A DNA stretch of 64,000 nt from a virus (IMGVR_UViG_3300018495_000088:32001-96000), one strand, 5' to 3'. Counted from the first letter of the stretch, positions 8,755 through 19,078 are shown. The notes: a model not told the origin generated them from the sequence alone. Translations and numbers: made by a program.

Positions 8755-10266
8755 GTGGAAACTAAAGAACAAATTGCAAAATTGCAAGAAGATGAAAGAA
8801 AACAACAAATCAAGCAGTTCGCCACCGAATTGAAGAACGTTTTACAATTGTTTAATCCTGAAAAGATTCCGAATAGAACAACCACAACCTATAGTAGAGA
8901 AACGCTCAGATCATATTTGAGAAATCCTGCGACTGAGGCAAACAACAATAACCTGAGAAAACTTAGTAATTATCTTTACACAATTTCTCATGTGTATCGC
9001 CGTATGATTAGATTTAAGGCACATCAGATGAATTGCAAAGTTTGGAGTGCCTATCCTATTGTTAGTATGATCGAGGAGAATGATAGAGAGTCTATTCTTA
9101 AAGAATATGAGCGCGTTGTTAAGATTGTTGCTAATATGAACATGGAGTCTCAGATACTTAAGATGAACCTTTTGGCGTGGAAGCACGGTGTGTCATATGG
9201 TTTTTGTTATGGTGATCCAGAGGGTGAGGGTAGTTTTTATATTCATCCATTAGATCCAGACCGTTGCAAGATATCGTGTGCTTCATTTGATAATGGTGTA
9301 ATAGGATTTCTATTTGATATGTCATATTTTAGAGGTAATGAAGACCAGTTAGAATATTATGATGACATATTTACTAGTCTTTATAATGAATATCAAAGAG
9401 ACAATATTAAGTGGAAGCAGCTTCCTATTGAAAAAACTTTCTGTACCAAAGTTGATCCTGATAATCTGGATTATTCTATCCCGCCTCTTTCTGGTTTGAT
9501 GGAGCAGGTAATTTCTGTAACCGACCTTCAGGCTGCTCAGGATGAGATAGATAGTCTTTCAAACTATAAAATGGTTTGGGGTAAACTTGATACTATTAGT
9601 GGATCTAAGAATCCCGATGACTTTACGGTTGACTTAGATTTGGCGTTGTCGTTTATGAGAAAGATCAATGATGCACTGCCAGAGAACGTGGCTTATGCAT
9701 TATCTCCACTAGAGTTGGATGTAATTGATTTCAAGACGAATGATGCCAGCGATATTAATGTACTTAGCAAGGCTTATAGTAACCTTATTGAAGCTAATGG
9801 CTCTATCATCTTGAATTCTAATAAGATTACGAATAGCCAATCGTTTAAGTTAGCTCTTAAGGCTGAGTGTGAGGATGCTATGAGTATGACTCCGCAGTTG
9901 AATGCGTGGTTGAAATTCTATTTGAAGTACAACTATAATGTTGAGACTGTTGCGGTTGAATTTTCTGATGTTTCGCCCTACTTTATGGATGACGAAATTG
10001 AGAAGATGACAAAATTAGCTGGCTTGGGTCTTCCTGTTAAGACGAAGCTTGCGGCAATGGCTGGATCTAATCCTCAAGAGAGTTTTGGTATGGATTTCCT
10101 TGAGAGAGAACTTCTTGGTCTTGGTACGGAGCGTTGGACTAATCCTCTTGTATCTTCTAACACTCAAAGTGGTGTAGGAAGTGAGGGCGGAGCTCCTGAA
10201 AAATCCGAAGGTGACCTCAGCGACGAGGGACTTGAAGACAGAGACCAAAATAAGAATGATAATTAA
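8755..10266 (+). CDS. Portal protein
   Basis: 503 aa directly after terL; helical; low-complexity tail PLVSSNTQSG...GGAPEKS typical of SPbeta-like portals. Confidence 0.85.
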   Translation: METKEQIAKLQEDERKQQIKQFATELKNVLQLFNPEKIPNRTTTTYSRETLRSYLRNPATEANNNNLRKLSNYLYTISHVYRRMIRFKAHQMNCKVWSAYPIVSMIEENDRESILKEYERVVKIVANMNMESQILKMNLLAWKHGVSYGFCYGDPEGEGSFYIHPLDPDRCKISCASFDNGVIGFLFDMSYFRGNEDQLEYYDDIFTSLYNEYQRDNIKWKQLPIEKTFCTKVDPDNLDYSIPPLSGLMEQVISVTDLQAAQDEIDSLSNYKMVWGKLDTISGSKNPDDFTVDLDLALSFMRKINDALPENVAYALSPLELDVIDFKTNDASDINVLSKAYSNLIEANGSIILNSNKITNSQSFKLALKAECEDAMSMTPQLNAWLKFYLKYNYNVETVAVEFSDVSPYFMDDEIEKMTKLAGLGLPVKTKLAAMAGSNPQESFGMDFLERELLGLGTERWTNPLVSSNTQSGVGSEGGAPEKSEGDLSDEGLEDRDQNKNDN

Positions 10267-10280
10267 GGAGGCGTACCTTA

Positions 10281-10460
10281 ATGAAGAATTTTATTAAAAC
10301 AACAGATGCAGAAACTGCAAATAAGTTGATTGCTTATGGGTTTAAACTTATTTCACATATTGGAAGCGTTTATACATTCTTAAATGAAGCTCCTCAGAAT
10401 TTAACTTTTGATTCTGTGGACAAATCAAAGATTGTATATGACAACAAGTTAAGTCTGTAA
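10281..10460 (+). CDS. 59-aa hypothetical protein (absent from ORF track)
   Basis: SD AAGGAGG; MKNFIKTTDAETANKLIAYGFKLISHIGSVYTFLN...KLSL*. Confidence 0.75.
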   Translation: MKNFIKTTDAETANKLIAYGFKLISHIGSVYTFLNEAPQNLTFDSVDKSKIVYDNKLSL

Positions 10461-10510
10461 TCTCCTTTCGGAGTTACATATATAATTCTAAAGAAAGGAG
10501 GATGATGCAG

Positions 10511-12181
10511 ATGGCGAGAAAATTTTATACATTGGATGACCTTTATAATTTTTGTAAAGAGAACCGTTTTGAATTTTTTAGTGCAGAGAAATTTGGAGCG
10601 CCCCTAGTTGTACAGTCTTTGGGCACATTTGAGGCCGATGATAAAAATACCGATGGTTTAATGTCTGTAAAACTTAAGTCTTGTCATACGGGTAAAAACA
10701 GAAATAGATCTGGAATTACTGATGACAATATGAATAAATACAAGCACACTTTTAAGGGCAGACCTATTCTTGGTGCTATCTATAAGACAGATACTGGAGA
10801 GTATGAGTTCCGCGCCCACGATATGAAGGTGATTGATGATGGTGAAGATATTGAATATATCGAGCAACCTATTGGTGTAATTTCACAGACCGAAGAACCT
10901 TATCTTGAATTTGATAAAGAGGAAGATAAGAACTATCTTATGGTAAGCGGAACCATTTTCTCTGATTATTCTAAGGCCGCTGAGATTCTTGAAAGACGTA
11001 GAACTTGCAAGTGTTCTGTGGAAATTGCTGTTGAAGAACTTAGTTACAACTGTGATGAAGATTATTTGTCTATTGATAAATTTAGATTTTCGGGCGTAAC
11101 TATTCTTGGTTACGAACAAGATGGCGTTACAGAAATTCAAGAAGGCATGAAAGGTAGTAAGATTACCATTGATGACTTTAGTGTTAAAAATAGTATGTTT
11201 TCTACCGATGGTCAAGATAAGTTGATTGAAATACTTGAAAAGCTTAATACAACGCTTGAAAGTTTCAATAATAAAAATCAGAATTCAGAGAAAGGAGGAG
11301 AAAAAGTTATGAACAAGTTTGAAGAATTACTTGCTAAATATGGCAAGATTGCTGAAGAAGTAACTTTTGAGTACGAAAATCTCTCTGATGAAGAACTTGA
11401 AGTTGCTTTTAAGGAAGCGTTCGAAGAAGCCGAGGAAGAGACCGAGACCGTTGTTGAAGAGACAGTGGTTGAGGAGGAGGCTGAGGAAACTGTTGAGGAA
11501 GAGCCTGCCGAAGAGGTAGACGAGGAAGTTGAAGAGACTGAAGAAATTGTTGTCGAAGAATCTGTCGAGGAAGTTGTTGAACAGCCTGCAGAGAAGTTTG
11601 TGCTTCAATACGAACTGAGTCACGACGACATTCGCTCTGCACTTTATAGTCTTTTGGCTGCAACCACGGATGATGGTTATTATTGCACTTGGATTCTTGA
11701 AGTATATGACGATAAGTTTATTTACCAGGATTATATGGAAGGAAAATTCTATAGACAGGATTATTCCAAGGATGGTGAAAATGTTGCTCTTGGCGAGAAC
11801 AAGGTTGAAGTATTCAATGAGTGGCTTTCCAAGGCAGAAAAGGATGCACTTGAGGCATTAAAGGAAGACTATGCTGCGCTTAGGGAGTTTAAGTCTAATA
11901 CTGAGTCTGCTCAGTTACAGGCACAGAAGGATGCAATCTTCGCAAGAGAAGAGTTCGCAGACATCGCAAATACTAAGGCGTTCAAGAAGCTCGTTGAGAA
12001 TTCAAAGGATTATACTGTTGAAGAGTGCGAGCAGAGAGCAAAAGACATTCTTGATGACTGCAACAACTATGTAACAAGTTTTGCAGCAAAGGACGAAACT
12101 AAGAAGCCTAAGGTTCTTGGTTTTGCCGTAGACGTAAAGAAGGAAAAAAAGAAAAAGGCTTATGGCAAACTTTTTGATTGA
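10511..12181 (+). CDS. Prohead protease / scaffold protein
   Basis: N-terminal CHTGKNRN..GRPIL..CSVEI protease-like half; acidic E/V/T linker; coiled-coil C-terminal half; lies between portal and capsid. Confidence 0.8.
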   Translation: MARKFYTLDDLYNFCKENRFEFFSAEKFGAPLVVQSLGTFEADDKNTDGLMSVKLKSCHTGKNRNRSGITDDNMNKYKHTFKGRPILGAIYKTDTGEYEFRAHDMKVIDDGEDIEYIEQPIGVISQTEEPYLEFDKEEDKNYLMVSGTIFSDYSKAAEILERRRTCKCSVEIAVEELSYNCDEDYLSIDKFRFSGVTILGYEQDGVTEIQEGMKGSKITIDDFSVKNSMFSTDGQDKLIEILEKLNTTLESFNNKNQNSEKGGEKVMNKFEELLAKYGKIAEEVTFEYENLSDEELEVAFKEAFEEAEEETETVVEETVVEEEAEETVEEEPAEEVDEEVEETEEIVVEESVEEVVEQPAEKFVLQYELSHDDIRSALYSLLAATTDDGYYCTWILEVYDDKFIYQDYMEGKFYRQDYSKDGENVALGENKVEVFNEWLSKAEKDALEALKEDYAALREFKSNTESAQLQAQKDAIFAREEFADIANTKAFKKLVENSKDYTVEECEQRAKDILDDCNNYVTSFAAKDETKKPKVLGFAVDVKKEKKKKAYGKLFD

Positions 12182-12276
12182 TAAACACACATCAAAATGA
12201 TTAAAATGAGAGCGTTTTAAAAGAAGCTCTTTTTAATATTAAAAACTAAAACATATTTAATTAGGAGGACAAAATT

Positions 12277-12750
12277 ATGGCACAGGATCTTATGAATAAG
12301 CACTGGGTCGCAGAAATTTCCAGAGTTTCTGCTGTTTATGGTACAGGTCATATCCTCTCTGGTGAGATGGATAAGGACAGAGACAACGGTGAGATTGTTA
12401 CCGTTGGTGAGTACAAGGAAGGCGAGTACTACACCGTTAGTGGCTTCGCTGGCGAATTTGAGGCAAAGGTAATTGAGATTGTTAATCACCCTGGTCGCAC
12501 TATGGTTAGATTTGAGCTTACCAAGGACTGCGATGGTTACTTCGTTCACAATCCCGAGACTATGCCCAACGATTTCCTGAAGGTATATCAGGATATCGCA
12601 AACTACTACAATGCAGAGGGCGACAGAGCAAGAATGTACCCTATGTATAAGCACGATGTATTTACCGTATCCGTTGACGCATTTGGCGGCACTGCTCCTG
12701 AAATTGGCGCAACCGTTTCTTATGTTGACGGCACTGGCTACTCTGCGTAA
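12277..12750 (+). CDS. Head decoration (cement) protein
   Basis: 157 aa beta-rich, DNG..V motif, immediately before the major capsid gene; highly biased codons. Confidence 0.7.
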   Translation: MAQDLMNKHWVAEISRVSAVYGTGHILSGEMDKDRDNGEIVTVGEYKEGEYYTVSGFAGEFEAKVIEIVNHPGRTMVRFELTKDCDGYFVHNPETMPNDFLKVYQDIANYYNAEGDRARMYPMYKHDVFTVSVDAFGGTAPEIGATVSYVDGTGYSA

Positions 12751-12772
12751 TTAGTGAAAGGAGAGAATAATT

Positions 12773-13879
12773 ATGAAGAACTTAATGACTTTTAACACAA
12801 CTGTTCAGAACGCTTTCGAGAACGATAACGAGAATTTCGTTTGCTTCAGAGAGCTCCTTTCCGACGCTGCTCGCGGAGAGGTTAAGGAAGTTTCCGCTAA
12901 GGAAGCTAACAAGAAGATTGTTGAGAAGTTCAGAGCTGCTCTTGGTATCGAGCCCACTGACAGACCTCAGGCAATCAAGCGTGCAATCCGCGCTAACAAG
13001 GATCTCGTATTCACTCTTATCGAGGAAACTATCGAGGAAATGATTATTTCTGGCTGGATGGAGAATCCTTTCTTCATGCAGTTCGTTGAAACCAAGAACC
13101 TTGCTCTCGGAGACGAGAACGACTTCTATGTAGAAGATGATGCTATCCTTAGCGTATCTAAGGTTTCTGGTAATCACCACAATATGATTAGACAGAGACT
13201 TGCAGGAGGCAGACACTTCTCCGTAGCTGGTGAGTGGTTCGGCCTAAAGATCTATGCAGATTTTGAGCGTGTTCTTACTGGCGCTGAGGACTGGGCTGCT
13301 TTCGTTTCGAAGGTAGCTGAGGCTATCAACCGTTATCTCTACGATGCTCTTTACGCTTCTCTTAGAGGCGCAAAGGACAGCCTTGGTGCAAACTGGGTTA
13401 AGTCTGGTGCACTTGAGACTGCTAACAAGGCAACACTCGTAAAGCTTTGCCAGGACATCTCTATGGCAACTGGCTCTGAGGTTACTATCTTTGGTGCTCG
13501 TACTGCTCTCTCTTCTCTTACTGGCATGGCTGATGTAAACTGGGCTCCCGAGTCTGTTAAGAAGGAGTACTACGCAAACGGCGGCATCCTTGGCAACTGG
13601 GAAGGCTTCGCTTGCGCAGAAATCGGTCAGGGTCTTAAGAGAGGCGCTGGCATTAATAGTGCTTCTGTTGAGTATCAGCTTGATACCGATAGACTCTACA
13701 TCATTCCTACTAGCGTAGCAAACAAGTTCATTAAGCTTGTTAACTACGGTGAGACTCAGGTTTCTCAGGTTACCGATAAGGATGTTAACAGAGATATGAG
13801 CTACGAATATGAAGTACTCTACAAGATGGGTATTAATGTTATTCTTAACACCGTCTTTGGAGTATGGGAGATTGTATAA
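12773..13879 (+). CDS. Major capsid protein (HK97 fold)
   Basis: 368 aa; position; FVETKNLALGD motif; strongly optimised codons (GCT, AAG, AAC, TTC). Confidence 0.88.
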   Translation: MKNLMTFNTTVQNAFENDNENFVCFRELLSDAARGEVKEVSAKEANKKIVEKFRAALGIEPTDRPQAIKRAIRANKDLVFTLIEETIEEMIISGWMENPFFMQFVETKNLALGDENDFYVEDDAILSVSKVSGNHHNMIRQRLAGGRHFSVAGEWFGLKIYADFERVLTGAEDWAAFVSKVAEAINRYLYDALYASLRGAKDSLGANWVKSGALETANKATLVKLCQDISMATGSEVTIFGARTALSSLTGMADVNWAPESVKKEYYANGGILGNWEGFACAEIGQGLKRGAGINSASVEYQLDTDRLYIIPTSVANKFIKLVNYGETQVSQVTDKDVNRDMSYEYEVLYKMGINVILNTVFGVWEIV

Positions 13880-13919
13880 TCTTTAATTAAACATATAGGA
13901 CAAAAAGGAGAAATTTATT

Positions 13920-14465
13920 ATGGCTACAAAAAAATCAACAGTTGAAACCGAAGAAATCATCGATACCGAGGCGGTCGAGGAAGTTAAGCCCGCTCCAAAA
14001 AAGGTCAACAAGCCAAAACACGACCCCAATGAACTTATTCTTTGTAGAAGTGTTCGTTTTGGTGAGCTTAGACTTATTGGTCCAAAGACTCGTATGCCTT
14101 ATAGCTGGGCAAACGAAGGAGATGTGCGAGAGGTTGAATATCAAGACCTTGTATCTTGGAGAGCACTTCATTCTAGATATCTTTTCGAGCCAATGATTAT
14201 CATTGAGGACGAGGATATTGTTGAGGAGTGGAAGGCGGATCTTGGGGAACTCTATGATGAACTTCAGGACATTGATATTAAAGCAATGTTTAAGCTTCCT
14301 CATAGACAGTTTGTCGCACAGCTTAAGAAACTTCCTGCTGGTATGAAGACTACAGTCCAGAATATGGCTTATTCTATGATTCAGGATAGAACTCTTTATG
14401 ACCTTAGAATTATCGACGCTATTGATGAGATTCTTGGTACAGAACTGAAGATGATGATCAACTAA
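13920..14465 (+). CDS. Virion-associated hypothetical protein
   Basis: SD AAAGGAG; directly after the capsid gene. Confidence 0.7.
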   Translation: MATKKSTVETEEIIDTEAVEEVKPAPKKVNKPKHDPNELILCRSVRFGELRLIGPKTRMPYSWANEGDVREVEYQDLVSWRALHSRYLFEPMIIIEDEDIVEEWKADLGELYDELQDIDIKAMFKLPHRQFVAQLKKLPAGMKTTVQNMAYSMIQDRTLYDLRIIDAIDEILGTELKMMIN

Positions 14466-14483
14466 TATAGGGAGGTGTCTTAG

Positions 14484-14906
14484 ATGACTTCCTATGAAGT
14501 ACTTTATAACCGTGCGTTAGCACAAATCACAGATCCTCTTTTAGCGCAACTGCCTGAAGAGGATTTAGAAAACATGCTCCACGATTGGTTACTTGATGCT
14601 ATTGTCGAACCTGTTGTTGGTGAGTACGACTTCTCCGACAGAGATGATGAATTGAGGCAATTCAATTTTGACATTTCAGAAAGAGACCAGAAGATACTCT
14701 CGATACATATGGTTCGTGCTTGGCTCGCCCCTCAGCTCCGTTCGGTTACATTAACTCAGCAGGTGTTTAGTGGTAAAGAGACTAAGTATTTTAGTCAGAG
14801 TCAACATATCACAGAAATGCGTGCGCTCGATGAACAGCTTCGCAAGGATGCAGACTTGTTATTTTGTCGTGGAACATATTTAAAGAATGATTATTTCAAT
14901 GATTGA
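14484..14906 (+). CDS. Putative head-tail adaptor
   Basis: 140 aa helical protein; SD GGAGGTG; position. Confidence 0.6.
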   Translation: MTSYEVLYNRALAQITDPLLAQLPEEDLENMLHDWLLDAIVEPVVGEYDFSDRDDELRQFNFDISERDQKILSIHMVRAWLAPQLRSVTLTQQVFSGKETKYFSQSQHITEMRALDEQLRKDADLLFCRGTYLKNDYFND

Positions 14907-14917
14907 GGTACATAGTG

Positions 14918-15220
14918 ATGAGAAATATATATGAAAATGTACCGTCGAATCAAATTGAAAAACAAAAGCGTTACTTTTATGGCGCTATAATTAATTGTTT
15001 GTATCTCTGGGAGGATAACAGTCCTTTTGTAGATGCAACAATTCAAACTTTGATAAATCAAATTGGTGGGTCAAATCACTTGTTTGGTTTTCAGCCCGAA
15101 GTGCTTACAATTGTAAGCAATTTGGAGACGGCTCGAAGAGAGCCTTCACAATTCCGTAAATGCATCCTAGATGCCGCCAATTTGGTAGATAAACTGAATG
15201 GTGGTGATTCCAATGTTTGA
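14918..15220 (+). CDS. Hypothetical protein
   Basis: SD GAGGT; overlaps the start of the next gene. Confidence 0.6.
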   Translation: MRNIYENVPSNQIEKQKRYFYGAIINCLYLWEDNSPFVDATIQTLINQIGGSNHLFGFQPEVLTIVSNLETARREPSQFRKCILDAANLVDKLNGGDSNV

Positions 15221-16283
15221 CCATTACAAAAGCCGTATGGCTCACAGAGGCTCTAATATGAGTGAAATGCTTCGTGCGCAGTCCAATATGGTTATTGAGC
15301 AAACTTGGGATCGAGATCCAAATTACCGTCAAGTTTATGTTGTTAAAGTTGAGCATGGGTTGCCTATGGTGACCTATGAGCATGAATTAATTGATGCAAA
15401 GTTTAATGTTGAGTCGTATCAAAGACTTACATCTGACGAGCCCGCTTATCACCTTCAGTTTAGACACGGTGCCGAAAAACTCAATCCCGATATTGCTATC
15501 GGTTCTTATGTATATATGGCCGATGAGGATAATGAGTGGAAGTGGTGGCTAATCGTTGCTTTAGATGAGCGTCCGCAGTTTAGACAGTACCACATATTGG
15601 AAACAAACTGGACTTTAAAGTGGATTGTTGACAATAAGATTTATAGCTGTCTTGCGGTGCAGAGATATCAAAATAGTTATAGTACTGGACTGCAGTCTGG
15701 TATCAGAATTACTGGTGTTGATGATATGACGGCTATTTGGGTGCCGACAAATTCAGAGACGCAAACCATTGGATATAATCAGAGATTTTTAATTTCAGAT
15801 GTTGGTAGAATTCCTGCCCTTTGTTATGAAGTGTCTAAAATTTCTGACACATCTCCTGTGGGATTAATTAAGTTTAGTCTTGCACAGACAGCATTTAATG
15901 AAAGCACTGATAACACCGACTTGATGATTGCTGACTATTGGTCAGACGCCATAGAGCCTATCGAGTCAGATATTGAGGCAGAGCTTACGAGAGAAGCTAA
16001 GATTTCCTATACAGGACAAACTACTACCATTAAGGTAGGAGGAAGTTTTAAAACCTTTACACCCTCGTTTACTGCTTCGGATACAAAGGTGAAGAAATGG
16101 CTTGTTAGTGACGAGGTGGGCGATATTAGTAGAGATGGCGAGAATTACACTATAGAATATAGCGGCGAGCAACTTAAATTGAAAGTGGCACGCAATTATT
16201 ATTTGATTGGAAAAATTTTAACCATACAAGTGGTTGGCACGGACGATAGTACGGCAGAAATAAAGATTGAGGTGATTGGCTAA
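15213..16283 (+). CDS. Putative head-closure/neck protein with C-terminal Ig-like domain
   Basis: SD GGTGGTGA; beta-rich; C-terminal TIKVGG...KTFT...W Ig-like segment. Confidence 0.6.
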   Translation: MFDHYKSRMAHRGSNMSEMLRAQSNMVIEQTWDRDPNYRQVYVVKVEHGLPMVTYEHELIDAKFNVESYQRLTSDEPAYHLQFRHGAEKLNPDIAIGSYVYMADEDNEWKWWLIVALDERPQFRQYHILETNWTLKWIVDNKIYSCLAVQRYQNSYSTGLQSGIRITGVDDMTAIWVPTNSETQTIGYNQRFLISDVGRIPALCYEVSKISDTSPVGLIKFSLAQTAFNESTDNTDLMIADYWSDAIEPIESDIEAELTREAKISYTGQTTTIKVGGSFKTFTPSFTASDTKVKKWLVSDEVGDISRDGENYTIEYSGEQLKLKVARNYYLIGKILTIQVVGTDDSTAEIKIEVIG

Positions 16284-16816
16284 TGAAACGAGATATTCAG
16301 CACATTGATGATGATATAATCCGTAAAAAGCGTCGTATCGAAGAAATTCTTTATTCTGACGAGGATATTATCGAGGTATTAGATAACAAGTCTTTGGATC
16401 CGACTGTTCCCGAGGATTATGTCGGTGAGAATATATTTGGGTTTTTACGTGTTCCTGGAGTTCAGGATACTTCCAAAAACTTTATAACTTTTACTATAGA
16501 TGATATGGGATTGATGCCAGGGAATCAGGTAATGAAATCTCAATATATTCAGTTTGTTGTCTTTGTACATAAAGATATGGTGAAGACTGACTACGGTATG
16601 GAACGTCACGATTTACTCGGATATTTGATTCGGGACATCTTTAATTTATCTAACAAACTTGGCCCACAAATGGAGCTCGTATCCAATCGCGAGGGCATCA
16701 CAGACAGAGATTTTTATACCAGAACACTAAAATTTGAGCTTATTGATGATAATTCAACAAAGTCTTGTAGAACAAACCCTTATGAATATGACAGAATTGT
16801 TGGTCATAGGAGGTAA
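16283..16816 (+). CDS. Putative tail terminator/completion protein
   Basis: 177 aa; RHDLLGYLIRDIFN motif; position before the tail tube. Confidence 0.55.
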   Translation: MKRDIQHIDDDIIRKKRRIEEILYSDEDIIEVLDNKSLDPTVPEDYVGENIFGFLRVPGVQDTSKNFITFTIDDMGLMPGNQVMKSQYIQFVVFVHKDMVKTDYGMERHDLLGYLIRDIFNLSNKLGPQMELVSNREGITDRDFYTRTLKFELIDDNSTKSCRTNPYEYDRIVGHRR

Positions 16817-16819
16817 GTT

Positions 16820-17599
16820 ATGGATATTATCCAAGTAGACGAACTTCGCTTATATTTTGGTGATGATATAAAAATTGCAGATGGGGTAGTTTTGAGGTCT
16901 CCTACTATTGGACAAATAGTTGAGTATGGGGAGAGTTCGTATTTTTCCGTGCTACAGACTTTATGCGCAACGCCTAGTTCTATGAAGGTTCAACTTGATG
17001 ATATGAAGTTGGACTGGATGAAAGTTACAGATTGGCAATTGTTTACTATGCTTTGTTCTTCTTTTCGACCAGAACAAACATCGCTGGTCCTTGGTGATTT
17101 AGACCTTTCTAAACTCAAACCATATTCTATGGGAGAGACTGAAGAAGTTGTGCTTTCTAATGAAGATCACACGGTTGTTATTAATGAAATTATATATAAT
17201 GTGTTGATTACATACTTGAGAAAGATGCATGGGTTTAAGAAACAGGTAGACAAAGCAGGAAACAAAATGACACATAAGGTGTTGTTGAATCTTGCTAGGC
17301 AGGATGCAAAAATGGCCCAAAACAAACCATACAAATCTTTCTTGTTACCCTTGGTGTCTTCTTTACAAGGCAGACAAGGATATGAGAAAGAGTATATTCG
17401 TAATATGGGCGTTTACGAATTTTTTAATCAAATAAATCGCGCACAAATCATTTGTCAAGCAGATGCTGCCCTTGGAGGTATGTATTCTGGCTTTGTGGAT
17501 ACAAAGAAGATGGACAAAACTGTCTTAGATTGGATGCGTGATATTACAGATGAATCGCCCAAAAATAATAAATCAATTCTTAAAGAAGGGGCTAACTAA
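16820..17599 (+). CDS. Tail-region hypothetical protein
   Basis: SD GGAGGT; 259-aa ORF. Confidence 0.65.
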   Translation: MDIIQVDELRLYFGDDIKIADGVVLRSPTIGQIVEYGESSYFSVLQTLCATPSSMKVQLDDMKLDWMKVTDWQLFTMLCSSFRPEQTSLVLGDLDLSKLKPYSMGETEEVVLSNEDHTVVINEIIYNVLITYLRKMHGFKKQVDKAGNKMTHKVLLNLARQDAKMAQNKPYKSFLLPLVSSLQGRQGYEKEYIRNMGVYEFFNQINRAQIICQADAALGGMYSGFVDTKKMDKTVLDWMRDITDESPKNNKSILKEGAN

Positions 17600-17611
17600 C
17601 CTCTTCTTTTT
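17583..17611 (+). terminator. Terminator-like hairpin before the tail tube gene
   Basis: AAGAAGGGG...CCTCTTCTT followed by T-run. Confidence 0.55.
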
Positions 17612-17647
17612 ATATTAAAAAAATTTATTTAATGGAGGAAATATATC

Positions 17648-18421
17648 ATGGCTCAGTATGCACTCGATAGAGTTATTAGCGTTGCTGGTACTTACGCAGC
17701 AACCAATTCCAAGAAGGGTATTACTGAAGGCGGCCTCGCATTCCTTTGCGACCAGGTCGTAGACCCTTCTCTTTCTTTTACCTCTGAAACAGAGGATATC
17801 GTAGACGCAAGAAATAATGTAGTAATGCAGCTTCAGGGCGCTCGTGGAGCAACCCTTGGCGCTTCCAACGCTTTCTTCAACACTCAGATCCTTGCAAACC
17901 AGACTGGCGGCAAGGTAGAGGCAATCACCGCAGAGACCTTCGACAAGTACGACATCTGCACTCTTGATGCAGAGAAGAAGGCAACCCTTACCGTTACACC
18001 TTCGGCTGATAGCGAGTATAAGGTGTTCGCTCTTCGTACTGACAATAGCATCACTACTGCAGAGCCCACCGTTGGTACTTACGCTGACGGTAAGGTAACT
18101 GTAGAAAACGGTGTTGAGGGCGACAGAGTTCTCGTTGCTTATACCGCAGAGGTTAAGACTGGTGAGAAGATCGTTGCTCTTGCAGATGCTCAGAACGAAC
18201 TTATGAACGTAACTGCAGAAGTTCTTCTTCGTGAACTTTGCGCAGAGGAGCTTTATTATGCTTACATCATCATGAGAGGTAAGCTCTCTGGTGAGGCTGA
18301 GTGGTCTATGACCAGAGATGGTAACCACGCTTTCGAAATTACTGCATTCCCCTCTTATTGCGATGCAGAGAGAAAGCTTGTTGAAGTTATTATCGTTAGA
18401 GGCGAGGATCTCCTTGCTTAA
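17648..18421 (+). CDS. Major tail (tube) protein
   Basis: 257 aa beta-rich; capsid-like codon bias; strong SD GGAGG; followed by a hairpin. Confidence 0.8.
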   Translation: MAQYALDRVISVAGTYAATNSKKGITEGGLAFLCDQVVDPSLSFTSETEDIVDARNNVVMQLQGARGATLGASNAFFNTQILANQTGGKVEAITAETFDKYDICTLDAEKKATLTVTPSADSEYKVFALRTDNSITTAEPTVGTYADGKVTVENGVEGDRVLVAYTAEVKTGEKIVALADAQNELMNVTAEVLLRELCAEELYYAYIIMRGKLSGEAEWSMTRDGNHAFEITAFPSYCDAERKLVEVIIVRGEDLLA

Positions 18422-18435
18422 TTTATAATGTTTAT

Positions 18436-18461
18436 GCTAAGGCGGCTAACACCGCCTTAGC
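18436..18461 (+). terminator. Stem-loop after tail tube gene
   Basis: GCTAAGGCGG-CTAACA-CCGCCTTAGC perfect 10-bp stem; no clear U tract. Confidence 0.65.
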
Positions 18462-18484
18462 GCATTATTAAGGAGGTATGACAT

Positions 18485-18850
18485 ATGAATAGAAAGATAT
18501 GTCGCCAATGCGGAAAAGTGTTTAATTATTGCAGAAGTTGCTCATTTAAACCCATTCCGTGGAAAGAGGCTGGATTCTGCAGTCGTGAATGTTCTGCAGA
18601 ACACAAAGAACCAAAAATAAAAGAAGTTATCCCCACAGAGGATGTAGAAGTAGTTGTAATTGAGGAGGATACATCTACGCCAACAGAAAATGCGATAGAG
18701 TGTCCTCATTTTTTTACCGAGGTCGAAGAGTCTGAAATTACATCTACTGAAGAATTTAAGCCTAAAAAGAAAAGGATTAAAACCATAGAAGTGGGACAAA
18801 AGGAGAACAATATAGATGAAAATGAGCAAAATAACGGGTCAGTCATATGA
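18485..18850 (+). CDS. Cys-rich Zn-finger protein
   Basis: CRQC..YCRSC..FCSREC; SD AAGGAGGT. Confidence 0.7.
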   Translation: MNRKICRQCGKVFNYCRSCSFKPIPWKEAGFCSRECSAEHKEPKIKEVIPTEDVEVVVIEEDTSTPTENAIECPHFFTEVEESEITSTEEFKPKKKRIKTIEVGQKENNIDENEQNNGSVI

Positions 18851-19043
18851 CCCAACAAGAGTTGTCTATATTACTAACCCAAAACAACATTTTGCATATG
18901 CAAGATATTTGGGTGGTTGGCAATATTTTGTAGATATGAGTGCTTCGTCTGATAAAAATGATGGTATGGGCGTGTTTATATGGCAAAAATGCCCAGAGAC
19001 AAGAGAAGCAAAACAAAAGTGGGATAACCACGAATTAGAATAA
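18816..19043 (+). CDS. Small hypothetical protein
   Basis: SD AAGGAG; 75 aa. Confidence 0.65.
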   Translation: MKMSKITGQSYDPTRVVYITNPKQHFAYARYLGGWQYFVDMSASSDKNDGMGVFIWQKCPETREAKQKWDNHELE

Positions 19044-19078
19044 ATAAAATTTCAAAGAAAGGAGGGTGTGAATGTACA

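Noticed and set aside
11410-11590. Acidic E/V/T run as a DNA mimic or separate repeat element
   Set aside because: An ordinary low-complexity linker of a scaffold protein.
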